A stretch of 64,000 nucleotides of DNA from Puniceicoccaceae bacterium (lineage in GTDB: Bacteria > Verrucomicrobiota > Verrucomicrobiia > Opitutales > Oceanipulchritudinaceae), in assembly GCA_040830765.1 (NCBI GenBank), contig JBFOMH010000009.1, positions 108,934 through 172,933 on the forward strand. Direction: 5' to 3'. Position 1 is the first letter of the stretch; each line of letters begins with the position of its first letter. Below the pieces are notes generated by a model. The model was given only the letters and a program-made list of their open reading frames with translations, ran no database searches and had not been told where the DNA came from. The translations under genes were made by a program, and so were the position numbers. Shown here piece by piece: positions 7,706 through 16,834 of this stretch.

Positions 7706-9469
7706 ATGGATATTTCCTTCAATCCAGCCGACTTCATTGATGGAGCCCTGCGCAAGGCAGCCAGCGCGACCGGGCTCGACCGTGACTTTGAACCCGTGGT
7801 CCGCCCCGCAGATCCCCGTTTTGGAGACTACCAGGCCAATGGAATCCTGCCTTATGCCAAGAAAAACGGCCTGAATCCACGGGAGACAGCGACACGGCTG
7901 CTCGACAAGGCAATAGCCGAAAATCTTCTCGATGACAGTATTCTCGAGTGGTCAATTGCCGGACCGGGCTTTATCAATTTCACCCTCAAGCCGGCCTTTT
8001 CGATTCAATGGCTGCGCCGCTTCGGCACCGAGGAAGCCCTGAAAACAGGAGCTGGCGGACAGATGCAGGGCCAGACCATCGTGGTCGACTTCAGCTCTCC
8101 CAATACTGCCAAGGAGATGCATGTGGGGCACATTCGTTCCACCGTGATCGGGGAAACCCTCTCCCGCTTGCTGGAATTTGCCGGGGCAAAGGTCATCCGG
8201 GACAATCATATCGGGGACTGGGGGACGCAGTTTGGGATGCTTATCTGGGCCATCAAGCAATCCGGATTTGATCCTGAAAAAGCCAATCAGGATTCCGCCG
8301 TCGCGGAACTGGAGGCCCTCTACAAGCAAGGCCATGCTGCCTACAAGGAATCCGAGGAGAACGCTGAAGCGATCCGCAACGAACTGGTCAAGCTGCAGAC
8401 TGGCGATCCCGGAAATGTCCGCATATGGGAAGCGATAACCAAGGTCAGCTGGGAAGCCTTTGAGGCCATCTACTCACAGCTTGGCATCTCATTTGACGAA
8501 GTTCTCGGGGAAAGCTTCTACCGGGACAAGGTCGAGGCTGTTTGTAAGGAACTGGAGTCGACTTCCCTGGCTGAGGAAAGCGAGGGCGCCCTGGTGGTCT
8601 TTCACCCGGAGCACAAACGCTTTGCCAAGCAACCGTTCATTGTACGTAAGGCGGATGGCGCCAGCAATTACGCAACTACAGACCTCGCAACTGTTCTCTA
8701 CCGGGTCGACCATTTCAAGGCGGATGCCATGATGTATGTTGTCGATTCACGGCAGGCAGACCATTTCCAGCAGCTCTTCCTGACCGTGGAGAAGTGGTTC
8801 AAAGAGACAGGTCGCACGGTTCCCCGCATGGAACATGTCTCCTTTGGCAGCGTCCTCGGGGAAAACGGCAAGCCGATCAAGACCAAGGAAGGAGGCTCCG
8901 TTAAGTTAAAGGACCTCCTCAGCGAGGCCGTCAGCCGCTCGGCGGACATCGTCCGGGAGAAAAATCCCGACCTGCCGGAGGCAGAAGTGACTATAGTCGC
9001 GCGTGCCGTCGGCCTGGGAGCCATCCGCTACATCGACCTCAGCCAGAACCGAACCAGTGATTACCTGTTCTCCTGGGATCGTATGCTCAGTTTCGAGGGA
9101 AACACCGCGCCTTACCTTCTCTACGCGGTGGCACGCATACACAGCATTTTCCGCAAGGCTGGTATCGATGAATTCGATACCTTCTCCAGGGCTTCGGAAT
9201 TCTCTACCCCGGAGGAATTGGCCCTCGCCCGCAAACTCCTTGCATTTCCGAGTACAATCGAGCTCGTCCTCTCGGACCTGCGCCCGCACATCCTCTGCAC
9301 CTACCTGTTCGAGCTGGCCGGTGTCTTCAGCAGCTTCTACAATGCCAACAAGGTCATTGTCGGGGAGGAGGATGTCCGGGACAGGCGTTTGCTCCTCTGC
9401 TCCCGGACCCTGACCGTGATGGAAAGCGGGCTCCACTTGCTGGGTCTGGAAACGCTTGAACGGATGTAG
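7706..9469 (+). CDS. argS: Arginine--tRNA ligase
   Basis: FGDYQAN, GPGFINF, SSPNTAKEMHVGHIRS (HIGH), GNTAPYLLYA, C-terminal ERM. Confidence 0.98.
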   Translation: MDISFNPADFIDGALRKAASATGLDRDFEPVVRPADPRFGDYQANGILPYAKKNGLNPRETATRLLDKAIAENLLDDSILEWSIAGPGFINFTLKPAFSIQWLRRFGTEEALKTGAGGQMQGQTIVVDFSSPNTAKEMHVGHIRSTVIGETLSRLLEFAGAKVIRDNHIGDWGTQFGMLIWAIKQSGFDPEKANQDSAVAELEALYKQGHAAYKESEENAEAIRNELVKLQTGDPGNVRIWEAITKVSWEAFEAIYSQLGISFDEVLGESFYRDKVEAVCKELESTSLAEESEGALVVFHPEHKRFAKQPFIVRKADGASNYATTDLATVLYRVDHFKADAMMYVVDSRQADHFQQLFLTVEKWFKETGRTVPRMEHVSFGSVLGENGKPIKTKEGGSVKLKDLLSEAVSRSADIVREKNPDLPEAEVTIVARAVGLGAIRYIDLSQNRTSDYLFSWDRMLSFEGNTAPYLLYAVARIHSIFRKAGIDEFDTFSRASEFSTPEELALARKLLAFPSTIELVLSDLRPHILCTYLFELAGVFSSFYNANKVIVGEEDVRDRRLLLCSRTLTVMESGLHLLGLETLERM

Positions 9470-9481
9470 GAAGGTAGCAAC

Positions 9482-10633
9482 CTACCGGATGTGCCAACGG
9501 TAACCATGCTTCGAAAGAAGCTCCGGTTCCCCCGAAGTGACGCGGATCACATCCTCAACCCGCACCCCGCCAAGCCCGGGATAATAAAGCCCCGGTTCCA
9601 CCGTAATGACCTGCCCCTTGCGGAGCCGGCTGCCCGCCGCATTGACCCGTGGCGGTTCATGGACCGCCAGCCCGAGCCCATGGCCTAAACCGTGGATAAA
9701 GCCCACCGGCGTCCCGTTCTTGGTCGTACTGGGAAAGCCTCTTTCATCGAAACCTGCCTTGACCTTCTGGTAAATCAAGGATCCCGAGCGCCCACTGCGG
9801 TGAGCCTGGAGCGCCTTCTGCTGCTCCTCGAAGACTGCCACATAGAGATCCCGCTGCAGGTCCGATGGGGTTCCCTTGAGGTAGGTCCGGGTCATGTCCC
9901 CATGATACCCCGTGGCCGAAACCCGCGGGAAAATGTCGACAATAATAAACTCATTCGCCCGCAAAGGACCCGTCCCGCGGCAATGCGGATCACAGGCCTG
10001 GTCGCCACCCGCGACGATGGTGTTGCTGGCAACAGCGCCCCGGTTCAGGCACTCGATGGAAATTGCCCGCTGGAGGATTTCTGAAGTCAGCCGCTTTCCC
10101 GAATGATAGAGGTAACCGCGTTTGATCTCCGCTTCCCGTAGTAATTTCTCCACTACACGGAATCCGGCGGCCGCGGCATCATTGCCTTGCCGGATAAAGC
10201 GGGCCTCCTCGTCAGTCTTGCGTTCCCTTTCAGGAAACAACAGGCCATCGGCAACGTCCAGCCGGACCTTTAATTGTTGCAGCTGGAGTGCCGGCCCGCA
10301 GGGGAAGGTTGACGACACCCGGAATCCCTTGATCCCGTAGCGGCGGGCCAGCCAGGCAATTATGGATCCGGGATAGAGGAATTCCCTGCGGGCGGATTTT
10401 CTGGCCTCCTGCTCGACCGCTTCAAGGGAAAGGACCTCATCATAGCGCCCTTCCTTCCGGACCCTGGCATACTCGAGCCGGCTCAGGACAGCGATCCGCC
10501 GGCCTTTGCATGAAAAGGCGATGAACGGGTCGGGAACCATGGCCCCACCAAAATAAAGGACATCGGTGTCTGTTTCCGAGTCAGCGTAAAGAAGCGCTTC
10601 GAAGGTATGTTTCTGGGGACGTTTTTTGGCCAT
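9482..10633 (-). CDS. Xaa-Pro aminopeptidase (M24B family)
   Basis: DPH, VDIFP...GYHGDMTRT, HGLGHGLGLAVHEPP, TVEPGLY..GLGGVRVED. Confidence 0.93.
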   Translation of the reverse strand: MAKKRPQKHTFEALLYADSETDTDVLYFGGAMVPDPFIAFSCKGRRIAVLSRLEYARVRKEGRYDEVLSLEAVEQEARKSARREFLYPGSIIAWLARRYGIKGFRVSSTFPCGPALQLQQLKVRLDVADGLLFPERERKTDEEARFIRQGNDAAAAGFRVVEKLLREAEIKRGYLYHSGKRLTSEILQRAISIECLNRGAVASNTIVAGGDQACDPHCRGTGPLRANEFIIVDIFPRVSATGYHGDMTRTYLKGTPSDLQRDLYVAVFEEQQKALQAHRSGRSGSLIYQKVKAGFDERGFPSTTKNGTPVGFIHGLGHGLGLAVHEPPRVNAAGSRLRKGQVITVEPGLYYPGLGGVRVEDVIRVTSGEPELLSKHGYRWHIR

Positions 10634-10682
10634 TTAAAGTATTGGGTTGAGAAGTTTGAATGTTCCTCACTTAAATCGACCC

Positions 10683-11201
10683 ATGTCATGGCGTCTATCC
10701 AAATTTCTTCCAATCCTCCTCGTCATCCTGTGCGCCTGCTCGCCGGAGGAGGAGCAGCTCATCGCGACGGCATCCGTTGACTCATGGTTGCCCCTGTCCG
10801 TGGGCGGTATGGATATTGAAGTCCAAGTGGCCATTACCTCCGTGGAGTTGCGCAAGGGCTTGATGTACCGGCAATCACTGGGGTCGGACCAAGGCATGCT
10901 CTTCCCATATGCCCGGCCCCAGAAAATGACCTTCTGGATGGCCAATACACCGCTTCCCCTGGATATTGGCTTTTTCGACAGCGAAGGGGTCCTGATCGAG
11001 ATTCATCGGATGTACCCATTTGATACAAACCGAACTGTCTCACGGTCGGATGCTGCCCAATTCGCACTTGAAATGAACCAGGGCTGGTTTGGCCGAAATG
11101 GCATATTCCCCGGTGCCCGTTTAGATCTGGATAAAGTCGCCAGAGCCCTCCGGAAAAGGGGCGTCAATCCTCGCGAATATGGCTTTCAGGAAGTGGATTG
11201 A
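10683..11201 (+). CDS. DUF192-domain putative lipoprotein
   Basis: Lipobox-like ILCAC; GLMYR, GMLF, FWMANT.LPLDIGF, ALEMNQG. Confidence 0.88.
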   Translation: MSWRLSKFLPILLVILCACSPEEEQLIATASVDSWLPLSVGGMDIEVQVAITSVELRKGLMYRQSLGSDQGMLFPYARPQKMTFWMANTPLPLDIGFFDSEGVLIEIHRMYPFDTNRTVSRSDAAQFALEMNQGWFGRNGIFPGARLDLDKVARALRKRGVNPREYGFQEVD

Positions 11202-11206
11202 CCCAT

Positions 11207-12493
11207 TCAGACAGGCGCACCGCTGACCTGCAAGGCAGCCTCGCAAAAACGGCGTGTCGCCTCGGGCAACAACTCCTTTTCAAGCGCACCAAAGCTGAGC
11301 CGGACGCAATTGTGGGGCTTGCCCTCTGCAAAACAAAGATCACCCGGCACATAGAGGATTTCCTGCTCCAGGCAGGCCTTGTGAAAAGCCGAGCCAATGC
11401 GGGTATCGACACCTGAAGGCCCCCGGGCCCAGAGCAGCAAGCCGCCCAATGGCTGCTCCCAGCGCCAACCGGCCTCAGGAAGTCCATGCTCCACCAGAGC
11501 AGCTTCCATGATGTCCCGCTTTTCCTTGTAATGTCCCCGGATGGACAAGAGATGCTCCTCATACTCCCCAGCCTCAATGACGGACTCAATGATAGCTTGA
11601 TTGAAATGAGCTGAGCCGAAGTCCTGGTGACCCTTGATTTTGGCCATGGTAGTGAGGCAGTCCTTGTCGCGGCTAACCATGAATCCAATCTTCAGACCCG
11701 TGGCGAACGGCTTGGTGAAGGTCCCGGAGTAGACAACCGGATAGTCCTCCCACTCATCCAGCGATAGCAGGCTGCGGGCCGGATAGGGTTCATCAAAATA
11801 CAGTTCCCGGTAGGCCATGTCCTCGACCAGCGGAATCCAGTAGTCGAGCGAATTGAGGATGCCGGCGAGCATCTTCTTCTCATCCTCGGAAATGCTCCGG
11901 GCGGATGGATTGGCAAAGGCCCCCATCAGGTAGACCAGCTTGACTGACTCCAGCTCTCCACGGTCGCGCAGATCGTCAAGAAGCTTGCTCAATCCCTCCG
12001 GATCCAGCCTGCCCGTTTCATCACTGGGAATGGAGATAGCCCGCACACCAAGTCCGTCCAGCAGCTCGAGGAAAACAAAATAACTTGGGCTCTCGACCAA
12101 GACAATATCCCCTGGATTACAGAGCATCTGGACCAGAATATAAAGCCCCTGCTGGGATCCGGTCGTGATGAGGATGTTCTCCTCCTCGAGGTCATTGACT
12201 TTTTCCCCGGGGTAACTTTGCAGCAATTGGGCCACATGCCTCCGCAAGGCGGGCCGCCCCCGGTTCATGCCATATTGAAGATGGGTCCGCCCCTCGCTCA
12301 GCGAAAGCCGCTCAATGGCCTGCTTTATCTGACCCTCCGGCAGAACCCGGTTGTCCGTGAATCCGGCGGCCAGCGATAGCATTTCCGGATGAGCCAACTT
12401 GTCGGCCATGAGCCGCGTAATGACGGATTCCACGCTCCGGGCGCACTTCCCGAGCTTGGAGTAGCTGATTTCCTTTTCCTTCATTGAAGGCAT
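11207..12493 (-). CDS. PLP-dependent class I aminotransferase (Aro8/LysN/MocR-like, no HTH)
   Basis: LQYG, TTGSQQGL, VESPSY, FANPS, EDMAYREL, GTFTKPFATGLKIG. Start at 12493 or 12484. Confidence 0.9.
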   Translation of the reverse strand: MPSMKEKEISYSKLGKCARSVESVITRLMADKLAHPEMLSLAAGFTDNRVLPEGQIKQAIERLSLSEGRTHLQYGMNRGRPALRRHVAQLLQSYPGEKVNDLEEENILITTGSQQGLYILVQMLCNPGDIVLVESPSYFVFLELLDGLGVRAISIPSDETGRLDPEGLSKLLDDLRDRGELESVKLVYLMGAFANPSARSISEDEKKMLAGILNSLDYWIPLVEDMAYRELYFDEPYPARSLLSLDEWEDYPVVYSGTFTKPFATGLKIGFMVSRDKDCLTTMAKIKGHQDFGSAHFNQAIIESVIEAGEYEEHLLSIRGHYKEKRDIMEAALVEHGLPEAGWRWEQPLGGLLLWARGPSGVDTRIGSAFHKACLEQEILYVPGDLCFAEGKPHNCVRLSFGALEKELLPEATRRFCEAALQVSGAPV

Positions 12494-12509
12494 GATGATT
12501 ACGGTTCTA

Positions 12510-12965
12510 TCAGTGAATCCGACCTTCGTCAAAGTCGATAATGTCGGCGAAGGAAAGGAGATCATCCCGGTCCCCGGCTTCCATCGTATTCTTTGCCTGT
12601 TGCAGAGCCTCGCGGCCCATCTCGCTCATCCCTTTCTGGACAAGCTCCCGGTTCCATTTCTCAACCCGGAGGTTTTCCGGAAAAAGCGCGGCCAGTTTTT
12701 CTTCCAGCAACGCCTCATCCTCTCCCGAGGACTCGACGGCTTCAATGACTGCCGATGGATCCAATCCCAGATGGAGGCAGAGGAAGCGGTCGAATCCGCG
12801 GCAGAAATTCCGCTGATAGGAAGCGGGCAGTTCCCCTTGCAAATGTTTGCGGATCTTGGCGATAAAGCGGGGTAGATGCAGCAGGCCCGTCGCCTTGTGC
12901 GGGATGTAAGGTGACGGGAGGTCACGACAGATAGCTCCCGTGGGACCAAGGTTTTCCTCATTCAT
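12510..12965 (-). CDS. DUF5069-like protein
   Basis: DL.SPY...GL.HLPRFIAKIR...GELP..YQ.NF..GFD..LC..LG...DIIDFDEGR pattern. Confidence 0.75.
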   Translation of the reverse strand: MNEENLGPTGAICRDLPSPYIPHKATGLLHLPRFIAKIRKHLQGELPASYQRNFCRGFDRFLCLHLGLDPSAVIEAVESSGEDEALLEEKLAALFPENLRVEKWNRELVQKGMSEMGREALQQAKNTMEAGDRDDLLSFADIIDFDEGRIH

Positions 12966-13092
12966 ACGATTCTCCAAGGTGAAGGTTTCGTCTGCCTTGT
13001 AAAGCGCGGAAGCACATCGGGAAATTCCAAAACCATTTTGACAAAAACTGCCGGCTGGAGAACCCTGCTTCTGGCAATTCCTTTTCGATTCG

Positions 13093-14841
13093 ATGAAAAT
13101 TATCTGGCGCGTCTCACAATACCTCTTTCGTTATCCGCTCTTATTTGGTCTGGTCCAAATGCTTGCTGTAGGGATGACGCTGCTGACCATCGCCATTCCC
13201 AAGTTCATCGAGTCCATTTTGACCAACATCCAGACTTCATCGGAAATAGCCCCCCTACTCTACGGCATCCTGGGAATCATTGCGCTCTACCTTGGCAGCG
13301 AAATTTTCAACGGGTTGCGCATTGTCTGCAACAACACCCTTGAACAAAAGGTGCTCTTCGACATGCGCCAGGACCTGCACCGCAAACTCTTGATTCTCCC
13401 GGTCTCCTTCTATGATCAGAGGAAGTCGGGCGAAATTTCCTCCCGGGTAATTGAGGATGTGATGGCTGTGGAGCGGGCGCTGCTGGACGGGACGGAACTG
13501 GGTGGTCGTGCCCTGGTCATGATCGTCGGGGTAACGATCATGCTCTTCCTGACTAATCCCGTCCTGGCCTGGTTTGTCTTTCTGCCAGTGCCTATCCTGA
13601 TCATTCTTGGAATCTACTATGCGAAGGGATCCAGGAAGGTCTGGAAGGGTGTCCGCGAAGCCGCCGGCGACCTCAATAGCCTGCTCGTTGAAGATATTCA
13701 AGGCAACCGGCTGATTCAGACATTTGCCCTGCAGAAGAGGGAGAGCCGCCGCTTTGACACCAAAGCCGCCCTACTACGGAAGCGGACATTGCGCGCGATG
13801 TTTCGCTGGGCCGCCTACAGTCCGGGAACCACTTTCCTGACTAACCTCGGTATTGTCGCCGTCATCGGTATCGGGGGATGGATGATCCTCGATGGAGAAA
13901 GCTCCTTCGGCTTTCCCCAGCTAATCGCTTTTCTCATGTACGCCAACATGCTGTACATGCCGATGGGACAGCTTCACGGCATCAATCACCTGCTGGCGGC
14001 TGGGAAGGCTTCCGGCGAGCGGGTTTTCGAAATTCTCGATGCCGAGGTCGAGGTGGAAAACCCGGCCCAGCCCAAGCCCTTCCCCGAAGGCCCCCTCCAT
14101 GTCCGGTTCAACGCAGTTTCATTCCAGTACCCGGGACGACCCGAAGTACTGACGAATTTTGAACTCGAACTGCCTCCCGGCAAGGTCACGGCACTGGTTG
14201 GCCATACCGGTGCCGGGAAGAGCACCGTTGCCAATCTCGCCATGCGAACCTATGATGTCACGGGCGGCTCCATTACCGTTAATGGCATCCCCATCGAGGA
14301 ACTCGACCTGGAGGAAATCCATTCCAACATCGGTCATGTCGCCCAGGACCCATTCCTCTTTGAGGGCACGGTCAGGGAGAATCTGCTTCTGGCCCGTCCC
14401 GAAGCCAACGAGCAGGACCTCATTGACTCGTTGGATGGTGCCTGCGCATGGGATTTTGTGCAAAAGCTCCCCGAGGGACTGGATACCAATATCGGCGAAA
14501 AAGGCATCCGTCTATCCCAGGGGGAAAAGCAACGCATGACCATCGCCCGGGTCCTTCTGAAGAATCCACCCTTTGTCATTCTGGACGAAGCCACCGCCAG
14601 CGTGGACACCATTACCGAGCGACTGATCCAGCAGGCCCTGGAAAATCTTACCGCTCACCGGACAGTGCTGGTTATTGCCCACCGGCTCTCGACCGTCCGC
14701 AAAGCCGACCAGATTGTCTGCATGAAGGAGGGAGCGATCATTGAAATCGGCTCCCATGAGGACCTCATCCTGCAGGACGGGCACTACGCCAAACTCTGGA
14801 GCTACCAGAACGATCTCATCCCGGAATCTGTCAATCTCTAG
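13093..14841 (+). CDS. ABC exporter, fused permease/ATP-binding (MsbA/Sav1866-like)
   Basis: Six TM segments, Walker A GHTGAGKST, signature LSQGEKQR, ILDEATASVD, IAHRLST. Confidence 0.95.
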   Translation: MKIIWRVSQYLFRYPLLFGLVQMLAVGMTLLTIAIPKFIESILTNIQTSSEIAPLLYGILGIIALYLGSEIFNGLRIVCNNTLEQKVLFDMRQDLHRKLLILPVSFYDQRKSGEISSRVIEDVMAVERALLDGTELGGRALVMIVGVTIMLFLTNPVLAWFVFLPVPILIILGIYYAKGSRKVWKGVREAAGDLNSLLVEDIQGNRLIQTFALQKRESRRFDTKAALLRKRTLRAMFRWAAYSPGTTFLTNLGIVAVIGIGGWMILDGESSFGFPQLIAFLMYANMLYMPMGQLHGINHLLAAGKASGERVFEILDAEVEVENPAQPKPFPEGPLHVRFNAVSFQYPGRPEVLTNFELELPPGKVTALVGHTGAGKSTVANLAMRTYDVTGGSITVNGIPIEELDLEEIHSNIGHVAQDPFLFEGTVRENLLLARPEANEQDLIDSLDGACAWDFVQKLPEGLDTNIGEKGIRLSQGEKQRMTIARVLLKNPPFVILDEATASVDTITERLIQQALENLTAHRTVLVIAHRLSTVRKADQIVCMKEGAIIEIGSHEDLILQDGHYAKLWSYQNDLIPESVNL

Positions 14842-16699
14842 GCTGTCTGGATTTCTTCCGGAACGGATTGGGGGCCGGTTGCTTCTGGGAACGGGACTTA
14901 TGGAAGGCCAGGAAATGACGGGCACCCTCAGTTCCCATGTATTTCTCGAGAATTCTCACCGGTGTCCTCCGTAAATCAACCAGCATCAGCCCATCGAGGG
15001 CGTCATTGAAAGCCGGATCCACATTGAAGCTGAGCAAGGTTGCGTTGAGTTTCAAATACTGGCGCAAAAGGACCGGCACCCCCTTCTCCTCCCGCTCAAT
15101 TTCCGATATGAGGGCGGAGACATCATCGATGTCCCGAACGGAACGGCGAAAGGATGACTTGTCGAGAGAACCAAACGACCGGGACCTCGCCGGTTTCCGC
15201 GGCTTCACCTTGGAAGCGAAGACAGGATCCAGGTTGTGCTCCTTGAGATACGCCACCATCAGGTTCTTGGAAAGGCTCTGGTACTCCTTGCTGATGCTGA
15301 CAGGTCCGAAGAGCGTGCAGTGTTCCGGATGGCGGACGATGAATTGTCCGATCCCCTTCCAAAGAAGCCCCAGGGAGAGCGGCTTGCGCTGGTATTTTTC
15401 AACGACAAATGAGCGGCCCAGCTCGATCGCCGGATTGATCGAGGAAAGCACTGCCGTCTTGATACGGAACAGGGTCGTTGTGTAGAGGCCGTGCTTGCCA
15501 TGTTTGGCGAGAATTTCATCCGTCAGTCCGAGGCGGTAGGCACCGACTATCTCCCGTTCCTCGCGATTCCAGATGAAAAGGTGCCAGTAGTCGGAATCAA
15601 ATTTGTCAATATCGGTTGACTGCCCGGTCCCCTCCCCGACTGCCCGAAAGGTTATTTCCCGCAAGCGGCCCAGCTCCAGCAGGATATGCGGAATCTGGTC
15701 GGCCTTGGCCGCATAGACCACAAAGGCAGCGTGTTCGGCCAATACGGACTCCCGAGGCAAGTCAGCCAATTCCTCCTCCAGCTTTTCGACTGGCTGGGCG
15801 GGTGTGATTGGTTTTCCAGAATGGGCCCGCCGGAGATCCGGGGCAAAGACTGTTTTGTCCGCTACCTGGCGGTTTTGCAGGATGTAGGTTCGCAAACGGA
15901 GAAAGTCCATGACCTCCCGATGGGAACGGAAGCGCTCAAGCCGTCTGGCTGAAATGGGATTGCCGACACGAACCTCGATGACCCGGTTCTTGGCCCGCAG
16001 CATTTCGCGTGGGAGAAGGGCTGTCCGGAGCCTTGGATGAAGAAGCCCGGCGACTTGGAAAAAGATGGAGTTGTGCCCCTTGAAGTAGACCGGCACCACG
16101 GCAGCGCCGCTTTTAAGGAGCAGGGGTGCGAGGTTTTCGGCCCATACAGGATCGCTAACCCGGCGAGAGCCCCACTTCAAGTGAGAGACCGTTCCGGACG
16201 GGAATGTGGCCAGGGCGTGACCATCCTTCAACCAGCGCAAGCTGTCCTTCATCCCCTTGAAATTTGCCTTGGCCGCACCAGGGCCTCCGAAAGGATCGAC
16301 ATAGAAGCAGCGACCGCCCATGTCATCGACCCGGGAAAGGAGATAGTTGGCGAGGAACATCCCATCATCCCGCACGCGGTCCAGCATGGACCCAAAGACC
16401 AGACCGTCGACGCCCCCATAGGGGTGGTTGGCGACAAGGAAAACAGGACCAGTCTTTGGAATTCGCTGCAGATCCGCTTCACTGACCTTGTACCGGACAC
16501 CAAGAACCCCAAGCCCCTGATCAAAGAAGCCGGCCTCGCTGCTTTGGCGGACGTCAAGAAATTGCCGATAGTGCTCGTTCAGGCTGGAGATACGGAGCAA
16601 CGGCTCCATTATCTTCCCGGCAATCCGGAAGAATGGCCGCTGCCATGGACGGCGGGCCAATTCTTGGAAATCGGCAACTCGGGGTTCAGTATCAGGCAT
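14831..16699 (-). CDS. Bifunctional acyltransferase: PlsC-like domain + GNAT (OlsB-like) domain, OlsF-like amino-lipid synthase
   Basis: N-terminal VANHPYGGVDG and FPSG; C-terminal LGRLREITFRAVGEG, D.FD, IVGAYR, IELGRSFV, PVLLRQYLKLNA. Confidence 0.8.
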   Translation of the reverse strand: MPDTEPRVADFQELARRPWQRPFFRIAGKIMEPLLRISSLNEHYRQFLDVRQSSEAGFFDQGLGVLGVRYKVSEADLQRIPKTGPVFLVANHPYGGVDGLVFGSMLDRVRDDGMFLANYLLSRVDDMGGRCFYVDPFGGPGAAKANFKGMKDSLRWLKDGHALATFPSGTVSHLKWGSRRVSDPVWAENLAPLLLKSGAAVVPVYFKGHNSIFFQVAGLLHPRLRTALLPREMLRAKNRVIEVRVGNPISARRLERFRSHREVMDFLRLRTYILQNRQVADKTVFAPDLRRAHSGKPITPAQPVEKLEEELADLPRESVLAEHAAFVVYAAKADQIPHILLELGRLREITFRAVGEGTGQSTDIDKFDSDYWHLFIWNREEREIVGAYRLGLTDEILAKHGKHGLYTTTLFRIKTAVLSSINPAIELGRSFVVEKYQRKPLSLGLLWKGIGQFIVRHPEHCTLFGPVSISKEYQSLSKNLMVAYLKEHNLDPVFASKVKPRKPARSRSFGSLDKSSFRRSVRDIDDVSALISEIEREEKGVPVLLRQYLKLNATLLSFNVDPAFNDALDGLMLVDLRRTPVRILEKYMGTEGARHFLAFHKSRSQKQPAPNPFRKKSRQPRD

Positions 16700-16738
16700 G
16701 GCAGGAATTGGGAGTAGCCCACTATCGGATGCTGCCTC

Positions 16739-16766
16739 AGCTTATCTCCAGCCAAATCTTACGCAA
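16739..16766 (-). promoter_or_regulatory. sigma70-type promoter of the OlsF-like gene
   Basis: TTGCGT-16 nt-TAAGCT on the minus strand, about 40 nt upstream of the ATG. Confidence 0.5.
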
Positions 16767-16834
16767 GCCCCATCCTCCGGGGTTAAGTATGTGTAACAAG
16801 GTGACAGGTTCCTTGCGATTGCCTGACGGGGAAG

